DNA of 64,000 nucleotides from Paraspadella gotoi (Eukaryota; Animalia; Chaetognatha), in contig CM119271.1 in NCBI GenBank assembly GCA_051294375.1, positions 14,576,770-14,640,769 of the forward strand, given 5' to 3'. Below the pieces are notes generated by a model. That model was not told where the DNA came from. It ran no database searches and saw nothing but the letters and a program-made list of their open reading frames with translations. Positions 1 through 12,344 of this stretch are shown here, piece after piece (the first letter of the stretch is position 1; every line of letters starts with the position of its first letter). Made by a program: the position numbers and the translations under genes.

Positions 1-81
1 TACGATAATATGCAAATAAGATTTATGAACTCAACGCCATTCACAAACCAATTGAGCCCGGTGTCCCTCCCATCCTCACCC

Positions 82-452
82 TCGAACCAAATGGCGACGA
101 AGAGGTTGTACAGTCTGAGAAACATCGGGAGCTGAGCGTCGGTGAGAGAGACGTCGAATTCGTGGCAGAGGAAACTGAACTTGACGCTGGAAGGGAATTT
201 CGAGGAGGCGGAGTCGAAATGCATGTGGGCGCGACAGGTCACCGAGCATTTGTAGAGGAGGGGCTCTTGATAAGCCTCGATTTTGCCTGGCGAGATTGGA
301 AGGTGAGACTCTCAGGCGTGTGTCATTTGCTTTTGGTTAAATTGATGATCTTCTTACCTGTCGTGTTTCGTTTGTCCAAGCAAACCGTCAGGTCTGATAC
401 AGAAACGAGCCGTCGCAACACCTAGAAATGAAAAATGTATTTTTTTCTCTCT

Positions 453-487
<35 letters not shown>

Positions 488-1637
488 CGTATCTTCGGGA
501 GTGATATCGACGAAGCTCTTCTGCCAAGCGGCGTTGACGGAATGACATTCTCCCGACTTGACGTTGATGGAGAGGACGACGTCGTCCTCGACGAACTTGA
601 GAATGAGGTTGTTCACGACTGGAAAAACAAAAGACGGACTTTCGAAAAAGAAGAAAGAAAATACAAAATTTTTCAAAACAATATAATAACAAATCAAACA
701 AAACAAAAGTCGGAGGGACGAATGACACAATTGTTTGAGGCGGTTTGTTGTGAAATAGAAGATAGATAGATAACCCAAGATTTTTACCGATGTTGACGTT
801 GTTGACGATTCGATTGACCAGACTTTGGATGTATCCTGGCGCCGGGACATCCTCGCCTGATTTCAGTAAACAAACAACTGCATTTTAATCGCCGAAAAAG
901 CTGGTTCTTTGAATATATAACTAACTTTACTACCTCGTTTACGTATTTTAACAAAACCTGACGTTTTATTCCTCATCACAAGATGAGTTTTTTTTTTTCA
1001 AATCTTAAACAAACACGCAAGTATCGGTGCAATGTGCTAATTATAGTCTACCGGGGGTCAAAGCGGCGGCCGCGTTCTCTTGATGTCTCAAAGCTCTTTT
1101 GGCTTCTTTGGCTTTAATGTCGCCATCCGATTTGTTTTGAGCAGAAGCATCGCGAACCTACAAAGACGGATTCGGAGAAAAAGTCGTTAACGTCATTCAG
1201 ACCCTCGTGGACGAGCCACTGGACCGAGACCTTGACGACGCATTCGATGGTGTTGAAGGTGAGCAGGACGGGTTCGGAGCCCAATTTGGTCCAGGGAACG
1301 TGGAGTCTGAGCTCGTGGACATGACCGCTTACGAAAGTGATCGGAAGATTGAGGAGACCTTCGAGGGCGTCGAGGCGAAGGTCCACCTGGGCCGGGGATT
1401 CGGGATTCGATTTCTTCGCCAAGTTGAGCATTTAATATTAAAACCGAACAACGCCAAACAATCAGGGCAAATTCGGACATAAGTACTTAACATCCTGGCA
1501 CCTCTCCTCCTCATCACCTTATTCAAAACGGCGTCGCCTCCCCATAACGACAATTGAAAATCCTGCTGCTGGAGCTTGATGTATTTGTCGAGGTAAGAAA
1601 CGAGGAAGGGAGAGATGTAAGACTCCAATTTAAACAT
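82..1637 (-). CDS. VPS13B: VPS13B-like lipid transfer protein, N-terminal exons (gene continues off the left edge)
   Basis: Spliced exons read MFKLESYISPFLVSYLDKYIKLQQQDFQLSLWGGDAVLNK / VDLRLDALE..LPITFVSGHVHELRLHVPWTKLGSEPV / PGYIQSLVNRIVNNVNI / VNNLILKFVEDDVVLSINVKS / KIEAYQEPLLYKCS. This is the chorein N-terminus typical of VPS13B. Introns are GT-AG. Confidence 0.92.
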
Positions 1638-2239
1638 TTTCAACTTGGCTAACCGACGTCTCCCCTCGAATTCTTTCCGGTCGCTTTTCTAGCGACCTCG
1701 CGGCGTCAACTACTTTCTATCCATGATCAACAATTTATTCTTTTTTGTTTTTTATTTGAGGCAAAGACTGGAATCGCCGCTCGCGATATAAATCATTTCT
1801 TTTATAAAATTTGATTGAAGTCGTGACTCTGCAAACATTTAACACGATTAAGCGCGTGTAAAGTTCATAAACTTTTTTTGATAATTGAATCAAACACTAA
1901 CAAAAATGAAACTTCTCGTTTTCGTATAAAATCACAATGTGGACGGAATCGAATTATACAAAGCCGAACATTAAACGACGTAAATTGTAAAAATAAAAGC
2001 AAAAGGCTCTAGGTATCAAAAAAACACTGCTGTATTTTCGCGTTAGCCCAAGTCGATCGTCAGATTATTTATCTGGAATGTGGGGAAAGGCGCCGACTTC
2101 AACAAAGTCTTTGAGAATTCTATAAATTTTGGACTGAGACTCGGCGAGATCCAAAGGAGTCATGCCTGCGATCGAAAAAAAAAAATCTTAAAAGTATAGT
2201 GATCTCGCCAGACGTTACTATCAAAGAAAATTTAAAAAA

Positions 2240-2455
2240 AAACACAAATTATTGATGCAATAATAAATTATTAATATAATAGTAATTGATGTAATAATAA
2301 TTGATTGATATAATAATAATTTATTGATATAATAATTGATTGATGTTATAATAATAGATTATTGATGCGATGATAACCAATTATTAATACGATAATAACC
2401 AATTATTAATGCGATAACCAAATATTGATGCGATGATAACCAAATGATTGATGTG
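2240..2455. repeat. AT-rich degenerate minisatellite
   Basis: Repeated TAATAATTGATTGAT / GATAACCAATTATTAAT units. Confidence 0.7.
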
Positions 2456-2746
2456 ATTTGTGTTGGAAAACTTTCCCTATCTCTCTCTCTCTTTCCTTTA
2501 CTTTTGCACAGAAATATTTTTTAAAATTCACAACTGTTTTAACGTAATGAAGGCTTGCATTATTACAAAAAGAAATCGTAACTGAAACATTAAACAAAAT
2601 TTTTCCTTTAAATCTACAAAAGTAACGAAAGAGAAAGGATCATATCGCAATAAGCTTCTTATGAAATTGGTGCAACCAATATAAAATTTTCAATTCAGGA
2701 CAGGTTTATATTATTTATTCCCAGACTCAATCGAACATACGAAAGT

Positions 2747-3333
2747 TTAACCAAAGACGCCAGAACCTGATCGAGTGGTGGCGGCGGGATCGGCCCCGAA
2801 ATGTATGAGCCAAACGACGGCCTCCTCGTGATTTCCCTTGACAGCGAGGTGCAGCGGCGTTACGAGACTCCCGTCCGACAGTTCCGGGTTCGCGCCCGCC
2901 CAGAGCAGCATCTTAACCTTGATTCAAATAAACGGGTACGAGTGATGGATACAACACTCATCTCCACCCACCTCGTTTGCTGATCCTATCACCAATCACC
3001 AATCCTCCCCAAGCCAATCTCTACCCACCACGTTGCTGAGCCCCAACTGGGCGGCCTTGGCCAGCGGCGACCTTCCGTTGACGTCGCGCCAGTCGACGAC
3101 GACGCGATGCTTAATCAATTTGCGGACGGCGATCTCGTCTCCGCTCTCGATCGCGCGGAAAAGATCCGAGCGCAACCCTGAGGCGGGGAGAGTTGAACAG
3201 AGTAGGACTTGGACATACGAACTAGCTATGTACTCCAGCAGATCGCCCCCTTACCGGGATCGTCGATGGGCGTCGGTTGTCCGACACGATGGCCGGATCG
3301 ACTTCCAGTCGATCCCGCGGCGTCGCTCGCCAT
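2747..3333 (-). CDS. Small ankyrin-repeat protein (3 exons, absent from the ORF track)
   Basis: Exons ~3333-3255, ~3177-3030 and ~2917-2747 read MASDAAGSTG..PIDDP / LRSDLFRAIESGDEIAVRKLIKHRVVVDWRDVNGRSPLAKAAQLGLSNV / VKMLLWAGANPELSDGSLVTPLHLAVKGNHEEAVVWLIHFGADP. TPLHLA and GANP/GADP are ankyrin motifs. Confidence 0.85.
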
Positions 3334-3637
3334 TTATCGCTCGAATCGGCCAATTACTGGCCGTTACTGGATGTTATGGATTAGGAAGAATCTTTATTCT
3401 TTAACCGTTGCGAGTTTTTTTTGTGTTTTTTTAAACAGATCATTTGTTTTTTCATTTTTTCCCCAATAACAAAATCCGCACGTTTCTCCTTTACTCTCAC
3501 AAGTCACTTCAATAAAAGAACAAATGGAAGCCGAAAATATAATTTATTTCTTTAGTAGTTTACTAAAAAATAAGTAGGAACCTTTTTACTTGAAAATGAC
3601 AAAATTTAACAAAACTAAACAATTTTCTTCTTCTTCT

Positions 3638-4219
3638 TTATACTCTCGACGGGTACAACATGACTCTGATCCTCTTCCCGATCGCTTTCGACGGAAGATT
3701 CCGCGCGAACTTGGCTCTCACGGCGCCGCTGCGTCCGTGTGGGCGGGTCACTTTGCCCCAGATGACCTAGGATAACGAACGAGAATGATTAGCGAAATAT
3801 AAACATAATAAATCAAATTAAACATGGTCTTACGCGGAGCTTGTTCGCCTTGTTGTCCGAGCCGGGAATCCTGGTGGGCTTCTTAGCCTTGTAGACGTAG
3901 GCGCACTTCTTGCCCAGATAGAACTCCGTGTGATAACGGCGGGAGACGCCCTCAAGGCGGAGCAGCGCCGTGTGCTCGTGCTGGCGACGCAGTCCACGCT
4001 TGTAGCCCGTGAACACCGCCTTCACGTAGAGGCGACCGGGAGCTGGGAAAGGGAAAGGGGCGAATGGATGGATCGGACAAGACTTGAGCTATTATTTAAC
4101 GTTCAAATGTTAAGTAAGAATACAAGAATTAGACTCATAAATGACTCACCTTTGGTCATCCTGGGCTTTGCCGCTCCAGCTTCGGTCATCGGCTCATCGA
4201 CTTCAGTGATCTCAGGCAT
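3638..4219 (-). CDS. RPL35A: 60S ribosomal protein L35a (eL33), 3 exons
   Basis: [45 protein letters not shown] and [42 protein letters not shown]. Confidence 0.97.
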
Positions 4220-5675
4220 TTTATTTTAATTTTATCGATATTTTTTATTCGCTAATCGTTTCAACAGTTAATACAACAAAAACCTTTAAATTAAAAAAGT
4301 GGAAGTTGCTTGAGGGTAAAAGGTCATTAGTCAAAAGTTACAGAAAACATAAAATAATGACTAAACATTTATGAAACGGTTTAATTGAACCAACAGTCAG
4401 AGGAACATAAATGCCTTGGTGTATTCGACTAGTTAAAAGCGTAAAAATATGAAAAAATGGACACGCAATATAAATTAATAAAAATTAAAATGTTTAACCC
4501 CGAGCGAACTCGAGAAAATCATAGATTTGGGCTAGAAAGAAGCGAATACAAAAGGAATATCTCCCAGGATAAAAAAAGGGTGTGGCAGTATCAACGCCTT
4601 AAGTTTTCTATCAAATGCCCCACATCTCTCCTTCCTTCATTCCTCCGTCAAGTTCGACCGACTATCTTGTCAGCTATTTCTGCCGCTGGCGGTGTTCGAT
4701 TCCTGAATTCTCCGCCGGCGCAGCTCTTCCTCCTCGCTGGTGGCGATGGTGCGCGCCAGCATTGTCCTCGCTCAAAGCGGCGCCAGGTTGAGCCACGACC
4801 GGCATAGTTCTGGCGCCTTCGGGAGCTGGGTCTGTTAACGAAAGCGCTATGGCGTGGGCGAGTGCCTCATCCTCGGAAAGGTAGGGTGGTTGAAGCTTTG
4901 AATTGGTGCTGGTAGTGCCATTAGTGCCGGACGGGATAGGCTCTTCAACTTCAGTAATCTCAGGCATTTTATTTTAATTTTATTAATATTTTTATTGGCT
5001 AATCATTTCAAAAGTTAATTCAACAAAAAACCTTTAAATTAATAGTGGAAGCTTTTTGAGGGTAAAAGGTCATTAGTCAAAAGTTACAGGAAACATGAAA
5101 TAATGACTAAACATTCATAAAAAGGTTTAATTGAACCTACAGTCAGAAGAACATAAATCGCTCAGTGTATTCGACTAGTTGAAAGCATAAAAATATGAAA
5201 AAACCAACACGCAATATAAATTTATAAAAATTAAAATGTTTGTTAACCCCGAGCGGACAAACTCGAGAAAATCGTAGAAAGAAGCGAATACAAAAGGAAT
5301 ATCTCCCAGGATAAAAAAAAAACAGTGCGGCGCTTAAAGTATCAACGCCTCAAGTTCTCCGTCAAATGCCCCACATCTCTCCATCCCTCTTTCCTCCTTC
5401 GTCAAGACAATAGACAGTTCGAGCGGCTATCCTGTCCGCTATTTCCGTTGTTCGAATCCCGATTTCTCCGCCGCCGGCGCCGCTCTTCTTCCTCGCTGGC
5501 GGCGATGGCGCGCGCCAGCATTTCGTCCTCGGTCAAAGCGGCGCCGGCGGCCTCGGGAACGCCGTCTCTTAGCGAAAGCGCTACGGCGCGGGCGAGCGCC
5601 TCGTCCTCGGAAAGGTGGTGCGGTTGAAGGTTTGAATCGGCGCCGGTAGTACCGGTAGCGCCGGACGGGATAGGC
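4190..5675. repeat. Diverged ~745-bp tandem duplication (about 4190-4940 vs 4940-5675) covering the ZFAND2 3' end, the spacer and the RPL35A start
   Basis: Blocks repeat in the same order, e.g. ctcaggcattttattttaatttt, ttgagggtaaaaggtcattagtcaaaagttacag and gaagcgaatacaaaaggaatatctcccaggataaaaaaa. Confidence 0.9.
4674..4967 (-). pseudogene. Chimeric RPL35A-start / ZFAND2-UIM mini-ORF created by the tandem duplication
   Basis: MPEITEVEEP (RPL35A N-terminus) is fused in frame to IPSGTNGTT..LSEDEALAHAIALSL (ZFAND2 UIM). The ORF then shifts frame relative to ZFAND2. Confidence 0.75.
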
Positions 5676-6489
5676 TGAGCGGCGCTGCTTTGACTAGACT
5701 GAAAGCGCTGGAAAGCGGCGGCTCCGGCTCTGGACGAAGCGCTGGAGCCTCGACCTTGACTCGCACCTCCGCAATCGTGGTCGGCCTCGAGTCGATGCTT
5801 GAGGCAAAAAGTCCGTCGACAACTTTCGCAGGTTATCTTCACCAACTCTTTCGTTTTACAACCTGACAACGAAAATAAAAGTAAAGAAATGTTCCTCGTT
5901 GCCCTCCAACTTCCAAGTTAAGCTTTGACCTTTTTTGTTGCAGCGGTTGGTGTAGATCTTCTGCCTGCTGACGAGAGCAGGATCGGCCTTGCAGTCCCGG
6001 TCGATGTGTTCCCCGACGCGTATGTCGGGCAACTCGCCTCTCTTGAAGGCCACAGGCTCGTTGCATAATGGGCAGACGGGAACCTGGAAGGAAGGACAAT
6101 TGTTAAGTTGAGCAGCGATTTCTCGCGAAGTCTCGTTTTGGTCCGTCCGTCAATACGTAAAATTATATCAGGTTATTTTAAGTAATACTTAAATATTTAA
6201 TAAACAAAGGGCGACGAACAGTTTGAATCGAGGCCTGATTTTTACATTCTCTGACCGAGAAGCGCAATGGACAATTCAACTCTTAATATTTAATATTTGT
6301 TTACTTTTTTTAAAATTAATTACTAATTACCTGGACGTTTTTCCGATAGGCTTCGGGACAGCCGTGACTGTCGTAGGCAAAATGGTCTTTACAGAAAATT
6401 CTGGCGCAACTGTCGCATTTGACGGGAAGAAAGTCGAGTTGCTTACAATTTCCCTGAGCGCAGTTTTTACCCAGTTCCGGAAACTCCAT
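5402..6489 (-). CDS. ZFAND2: AN1-type zinc finger protein 2 (AIRAPL-like) with UIMs and a C-terminal CAAX
   Basis: MEFPELGKNC..CKQLDFLPVKCDSC..FCKDH..H; VPVCPLCN; second AN1 finger CESCRRTFCLKHRLEADHDC; UIMs LSEDEALARAVALSL and LTEDEMLARAIAASEEE; ends in CLLS*. Confidence 0.93.
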
Positions 6490-6689
6490 TCTCCGTATCG
6501 TTTCACGGTATTTTTATTTAAAGATACAAATACGAGACGCCATTCTTGACGGTTGCATAAAAAGCTTAAAAAAATGTAAACGGTTTTAAGTGGAATAATA
6601 AGTGGAAAAAGACGATAACAAAATGAGTAATTCAGAAAAATAATGCCAAGAACCCCCCCCAAACAAACAAAATTTTTTTTGGCGGAATC

Positions 6690-8178
6690 TCAGGATCCAA
6701 ACTTGGAATCTACAAGTCCGTACAAAAGATTGATCTGTTTATCGTAGTCTTTAAATCCCGGAGTCTCCAACACCATTGGGATTCCCTCGAGACGCGGGTC
6801 GTTCATGATACGACGAAATCCCGCCAGGCCGATCTTTCCTGCGAGCAAGGGGAAGTAATCAGCTGTGACCTAATGTAACTCCTATCATGAAAACCAACCT
6901 TTGCCAATGTCCTCGTGCCGGTCCCTCTTGCATCCCAAGTCTCCCTTCGAGTCGTTGAGATGGACGGCCTTGAGAAAACCAAGTCCGACTGTCTCGTCGA
7001 AAGCCTTCAGCGTAGACTCGAGACCCTCGGCGGTGGATACGTCGAATCCCGCGGCGAACAAGTGGCACGTGTCGAGGCAGACACCCACGCGGTGAGGAAA
7101 CGAGACGGCCGACAAAATGGACGACAATTCCTGAGAAATGGCGAAAAGAGGGTCATTCTGACATTCTCTTCGATCTTTTAAAATATCTTTTAAAATATCT
7201 TTTAAAATATCCAACCTCAAACTTTCCCCCCAAAGTATGACCCTGACGGCTCATATTTTCCACGAGTATGGTGATGTCCTTCGTCTGCCGCAACGTCTCG
7301 TCGATGCAGGCGGCGATGCGGGCGACGGCCTCGTCGACGCTGCAGACGCCGCACGTGGATCCGGGATGGAAGTTGTAGAGGCGGAGGCCGAGAGCTTCGC
7401 AACGCTTTGGAGTCAAGGACGAAACGAAAATAAGGATGGATGGTAAAGAGGAGGAGAGGAAAGAAAAGCTAAAAGATCCAAACCTTGACTTCGTCGAGAA
7501 GAGCGTCTTTGCTCTTAGCGAACGTTGCTTCGTCAGAGGAGGCGCAGTTCAAAAGATAAGAACCGTGCGGTACGATCTGTTCCACGGGGAACTCGAAAGA
7601 AAAGAGTAAATTATACAACCCTACTATTAGCTTGACGTCAATTTAATATATAAACAATAACTTAAAAAATTAATACTAAGCACCTTCGTCTCATCTATCT
7701 TCCTCCTAAATGTCTCCGCCTCTACATCGGTCAAAGGCTTCGACTTCCACGTCCTCTGATTCCGAACGAAAAGAGCGAAACTTCGGGCGCCGATGGAGAG
7801 GGCGTTGTCGATGGCGTTGACAACGCCGCCCGCCGCCGAGACGTGCGCGCCCACGAACTTGGCGCCGGGGGGCGGGTCGGAAGGATATAAGCTTTGAGGA
7901 TACGGCGAGGTGGCGATTTTGGCGGCGGGAACGGATTTTCCAGCGTGTTTCAACTTTTTGGCAGAGTTTTCTTGAAAGGGTTGGACTACGTCAGTTCGGG
8001 CATCGTCTGCTTCGGTTCGTTTTCTCTTTGCCGCTCGACGCGCGAGTTGAGATGGAGCTATCTTAGTTTTTTGAATGACGCCACTCTCCCCGTTAATTTT
8101 TTCCTCTCCCGTTTTCGAAGATTCATTCCCGTTCTCCGCTAGAACTGAGCGTCGAGCGGAAACTCGCCTCGTTAGCAT
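6690..8178 (-). CDS. APN1: AP endonuclease of the endonuclease IV (Apn1/Nfo) family
   Basis: Zinc-binding TIM-barrel motifs FVGAHVSAAGG, IVPHGSYL, LYNFHPGST, ILVENM, GVCLDTCHLFAAGFD, HLNDSKG..DRHEDIGKG and IPMVLETP. Confidence 0.93.
7174..7211. repeat. 12-bp tandem repeat (TCTTTTAAAATA)x3 in an APN1 intron
   Basis: Directly visible. Confidence 0.85.
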
Positions 8179-8311
8179 CTCGTTTCTTTGGTCGAATTTC
8201 TAAGCATTTCACCAACGATTTTACTTTTACTTATGACTGAGCATCGAAATAAATAATGACAGTTTGCAAATAACAAAACGATAACAAAACGGAAGACGAG
8301 GTCGACGAAAC

Positions 8312-9419
8312 TCATCGGCGATTCATCCATCGAAAATGAGCGTAGGCCTTGTTGTTCTCGGCCTCCTTGTGAAGTTCTTGCTTCATGCGAACCACCTTGC
8401 CCGTGTTTTCGGAAGCGTGTAGAAATTCCAGAGCCAGACGCTCGTAGACCCACTGATCGGGGGTGAATTTGTCGTAACGGGCCGAGTCGATGATCCACCG
8501 CAAAGCCAGGAACTGTTGCTTGGACGGGGACACTGAAGCGAAGGGGGGGGGCATACATTTTTAGAATACAAAAATAAGTGAGAACTTCCTTAAACGACCA
8601 TTAAACTCACCCGGAGTAGGAACTTTGTAAACAATGGCGCCTTTCTGCACCTCCATCAACTTTAGGAGAGGTTTACAATTTTCGACGGCATGATGGATGA
8701 TTGCATAAGGGTTGGTCTCGATCGCCTCGCGCTCCTCATCAGTCTCGGCACGATGATACTTTTCCAACTGAGTGATCTTTATGTATTCTATACACTTGTA
8801 CATCAGATCCCTGAAACAGGAATGGGCAAAACCGGTAATGAGCCATCGCGAGTTAGAACTTAATTAGGCTTTCTGAGTGAGCGACAACCTGGTGACGATT
8901 TTTCGATAAAAGTTGCCCCTGTGTTTTCCGCGAATGTTCAACATCATGCTGATGAATTTTTCAACCAGCGGATCTTGAAACGCGCAGATGTAGTCTTGAG
9001 TTTCGAGGGCCTTTTGTGTGATGGGATAAAGGAAGTTCATGGTCAATGATGGAGTTCATGTTGTCTATCATCTTCACACTCCCTCTCTCTCACCGACTCA
9101 CTTTGATCTGACTAAAGTGACGCTTGTCGCTCGGTTCCATCTCCGCCAATTCTCGTTTATCCGTCGTCGGTTCCATCGCTGAATCAGGATAAGCGCATCC
9201 CCATCTGACGCAAAAAAAAAAAAAAAACACAACAAAACATAAGTTGCTTTCCTCTAATCTTTTCGGATTTCTTCTAATCTCTTTTAATTTCTTCTGTTAA
9301 TCTCTCGTGTACCCAACGAACCTCTTGGGCTGAACGCTCCACGCTGCGGAGGGAGAGGAAGCGAGGACGGCGACGTTGGTTCGACTCAAAACGGATCTGA
9401 TCAGCGGAGCCAGCGCCAT
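8312..9419 (-). CDS. MRPS7: Mitochondrial ribosomal protein S7 (uS7m)
   Basis: FQDPLVEKFISMML, IETNPYAIIHHAVENCKPLL..KGAIVYKVPTP, QFLALRWIIDSAR and VVRMKQELHKEAENNKAYAHFRW, plus an N-terminal presequence-like segment. Confidence 0.92.
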
Positions 9420-9933
9420 CGCTCGACGATAGAGTCCCAAGTTTACGAGACGCCCAATAAACCGCGCATTACAAACGATTAATCTACGATAAAAACAAAA
9501 GTACGCCTTTGTTTGTTAAATAGTTAAAAACAGTACAAAAAAACACAATTCGTAATTTAAAATATATTTGAAAATGTTTTTTTTTAAAAATGTACGAGGT
9601 ACATTGTACAATGGCGAATGAGAGAGAGGAGGGGGGGGGACCGTTGGGCGCGATTGTCTAATGCCAAGAATATATATTGCGTTTCAGAGGGAACCTCGCT
9701 CATTGGTTTCGAAAAGATCGGGGTTCGAAACTTGAAACGCGAGGCAGAAACGCTGAACGATCGCCGAGTCAAATTTCAACTTTGAAGAGGGGGGGGGATA
9801 TAAAAAAATAAGAAAACGTCGAAAGAGAAAAAAAAGAAGGAATCACGTGTGACAAATAAAAAAAAAAGGTCAATACGGCGGACTTGAGAGAAAGAGAAGC
9901 TTGAATCGGGTGGTGAGGATAATTATCAATTCC

Positions 9934-12344
9934 TCAAATCAGGTCGGGGTCGTGACCGAGGTTTTCCGGTTCAGTTTGAATCGCGGGTTCTGGCTCGTCG
10001 TCTGAATCTGGCAAGGCAGCGACGAACTTATCCAAATCGTGTTGCGCTTCGTCGTAAAAAGTCAACTGGTCGGCGATATCGCGGAAGGTCGCCTCAAGGT
10101 TGGCTCCCTGTACGAAGGAACTGGTTAGTTATTTAAAAAATGATGATTTCCTTTTATCTAAACCTAAATACTGTTGGACTCAAACTTTGAGTCCAACAAT
10201 ACCTTCATCTTTCTTCATTTCACCCACCTCGTTGAAGCAAGCCAGTTGCGGCGCGTTCTGACAATCCCTGTAGAAGGTTCCAACGTCGCAGGCGGCGTCC
10301 GGCGCCGCAAACGGGGGTCGCAACTCCACGAGGACGAACTCAGGATCTTCCGCGGGGCCGGTTTCGTTGAGACGACGCCGCGGCGACGCCGATAACAACG
10401 GGGACGATCTGATCGCGCCATCGGCGGCGCTGGCTCGTCCGCTCTCGTCTTCGCTCTCGTCCAGCGAGAGGTGGAACATTGCGGGAAAGGGCGTGTCGGG
10501 TATGATGCCGTCGGCTTCGCTCGGCGCGAGGGATCCGCCGGAGGAAGGGCGAGAGAGAGAGGCGTCGTTGGCGTCGGCGAAGGCGCCGAGACGAGAGGGA
10601 GAGACGACGAGTTCGCCTCGATCGTCGATGGGGTCGTCGTTGTCCGGCGGAGACGTCGAAAATAAGATGGGATTGCAGAGATCTTCCTCGGGCGCACCTC
10701 GGGCCTCGATCGAGTTTTGACGCAAGATACACTGACGAGCGCCGCTCAAGCGACGAGGGCCCATGATGGGAGGATCCGCGAGTTCGGGGGGAGAACTGGA
10801 GACCAAAGTATTATCAATATCAACCCGATAACACATTAAATAATATAAAAAATATACAATTTGTTCTCACTTGTCCGCTTTGTCGTCGTAGTGGTCTTCC
10901 TTGATTTCCAACCCGCCGTTCTCTCCGCTTTCGACGCCGGGTATCATCAGCAACCGATTGCGGAAGGCGATGGTGACGCTGAGGGCCCCAGAAGGAGTCG
11001 GCACTTCTCCCAACTTTCTCGTCTTGTAGTTGTCGCCGAGATGCTCCAACTCTGGTGATCCCACGTAGATCCTGTAGCACATGACGTAGGAGTCGGCGCT
11101 CTGCTGACGGCTCAGCCTGGGGCATAGTCGTCAAAGGAGCAAAACAAAATTCAATTGCCGAAGAAGATCGGTCAATGAGTAAATGAATCAAAAAATCAAT
11201 CAATCGATAAATCAATCGATCCATTTATCAATCACCTAAAGGCCGGCATGGAACGCGTGATGCACTGAACCGATTTGAGGAGAACCGTGAGGCGATTGTA
11301 GACGGCGTAACAGACTTTGATGTCTTCGGTCACCTCCGCGTTCCACTCGACGCACCAAGTCTCCAGTATCATCCATTCGCTCTCCGACGTCTGGAGAGTC
11401 GAGAGGTCAGGTTAGGTAGGTAAAGCAGTTGAGGTAAATTAATATAAATCGGATCAATTTTACATTCGCCGACTGGTGTTAGGGGGTTTACTGTTTAGGG
11501 TTAAAGCTGGTTTAAGAATGGTTCAGGGTAGTTAGGGTTAGGGTATTTGGGTAATAACTGATACTTTTTTTCATAATAAAATTTGTATACATTGTTACAA
11601 AAGTGAAAATCCTAGTCGGTGAATGTTAACTTTTACCTAAAAGTTAACAAGACCTATTTTCAACTGACAAATTTCTGCAAATATATACGTATATATATGA
11701 ATAAGTGATTAACTTTTGATAAAGTTGAGATGGAGCTATCAGTTTCGTCGTATTGACATTGACTTGTCATAAATTCTATTCCTGTGTCATTTCATGCTCT
11801 TATATCACGAATTAACTCTTGTCATTAGTGTAGCAATTGATGATAATTATTGATTAGAGAGTTTGGGACAACTATTAATAATAATTATCATTTAAACTAA
11901 TTTAAAACCCACTCTTAGGCATTTGATTAAGTTTAGTCTTAAGATTAATAATAAGCTTTGACTTGAAACAGGGTTGTCTACCATTAGTTATCATAATATT
12001 CAAAAAGATAAACGTCTTCACCTTCAACGAGATCTCAATGCAGACGGGTTCGATCGGTATTGGGGATTTGCCGTGCAGCGCCTTCTTAGCTTCGATCTGT
12101 ACCTCTTGGATGTCGGGTATGGCCAGGTTGAACCACTCCGTCCCCGTATGCTCTGGGGAATCAACACCACTCGATAAATTAAAGTCGACCCCTCAAAACG
12201 GACCGAATGCCAACAAAAGCTACCTTTACTCTTGGCCTTATTTTTGAGACGTTCCCCCAAGCGAGCCTGGACGATCGTCTGCGTCGTTTTGTAGATGAAG
12301 AACTTGACGAACTTATCCAATTCTTTCTTCTCTTTTTCGTCCAT
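9934..12344 (-). CDS. ATG13: Autophagy-related protein 13 (HORMA domain plus disordered tail)
   Basis: [105 protein letters not shown]. Confidence 0.93.
11461..11628. mobile_element. MITE-like element with short TIRs and internal TTAGGG-like repeats (ATG13 intron)
   Basis: ACATTCGCCGACTGG ... CTAGTCGGTGAATGT inverted ends, with internal ttagggttaggg. Confidence 0.6.
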
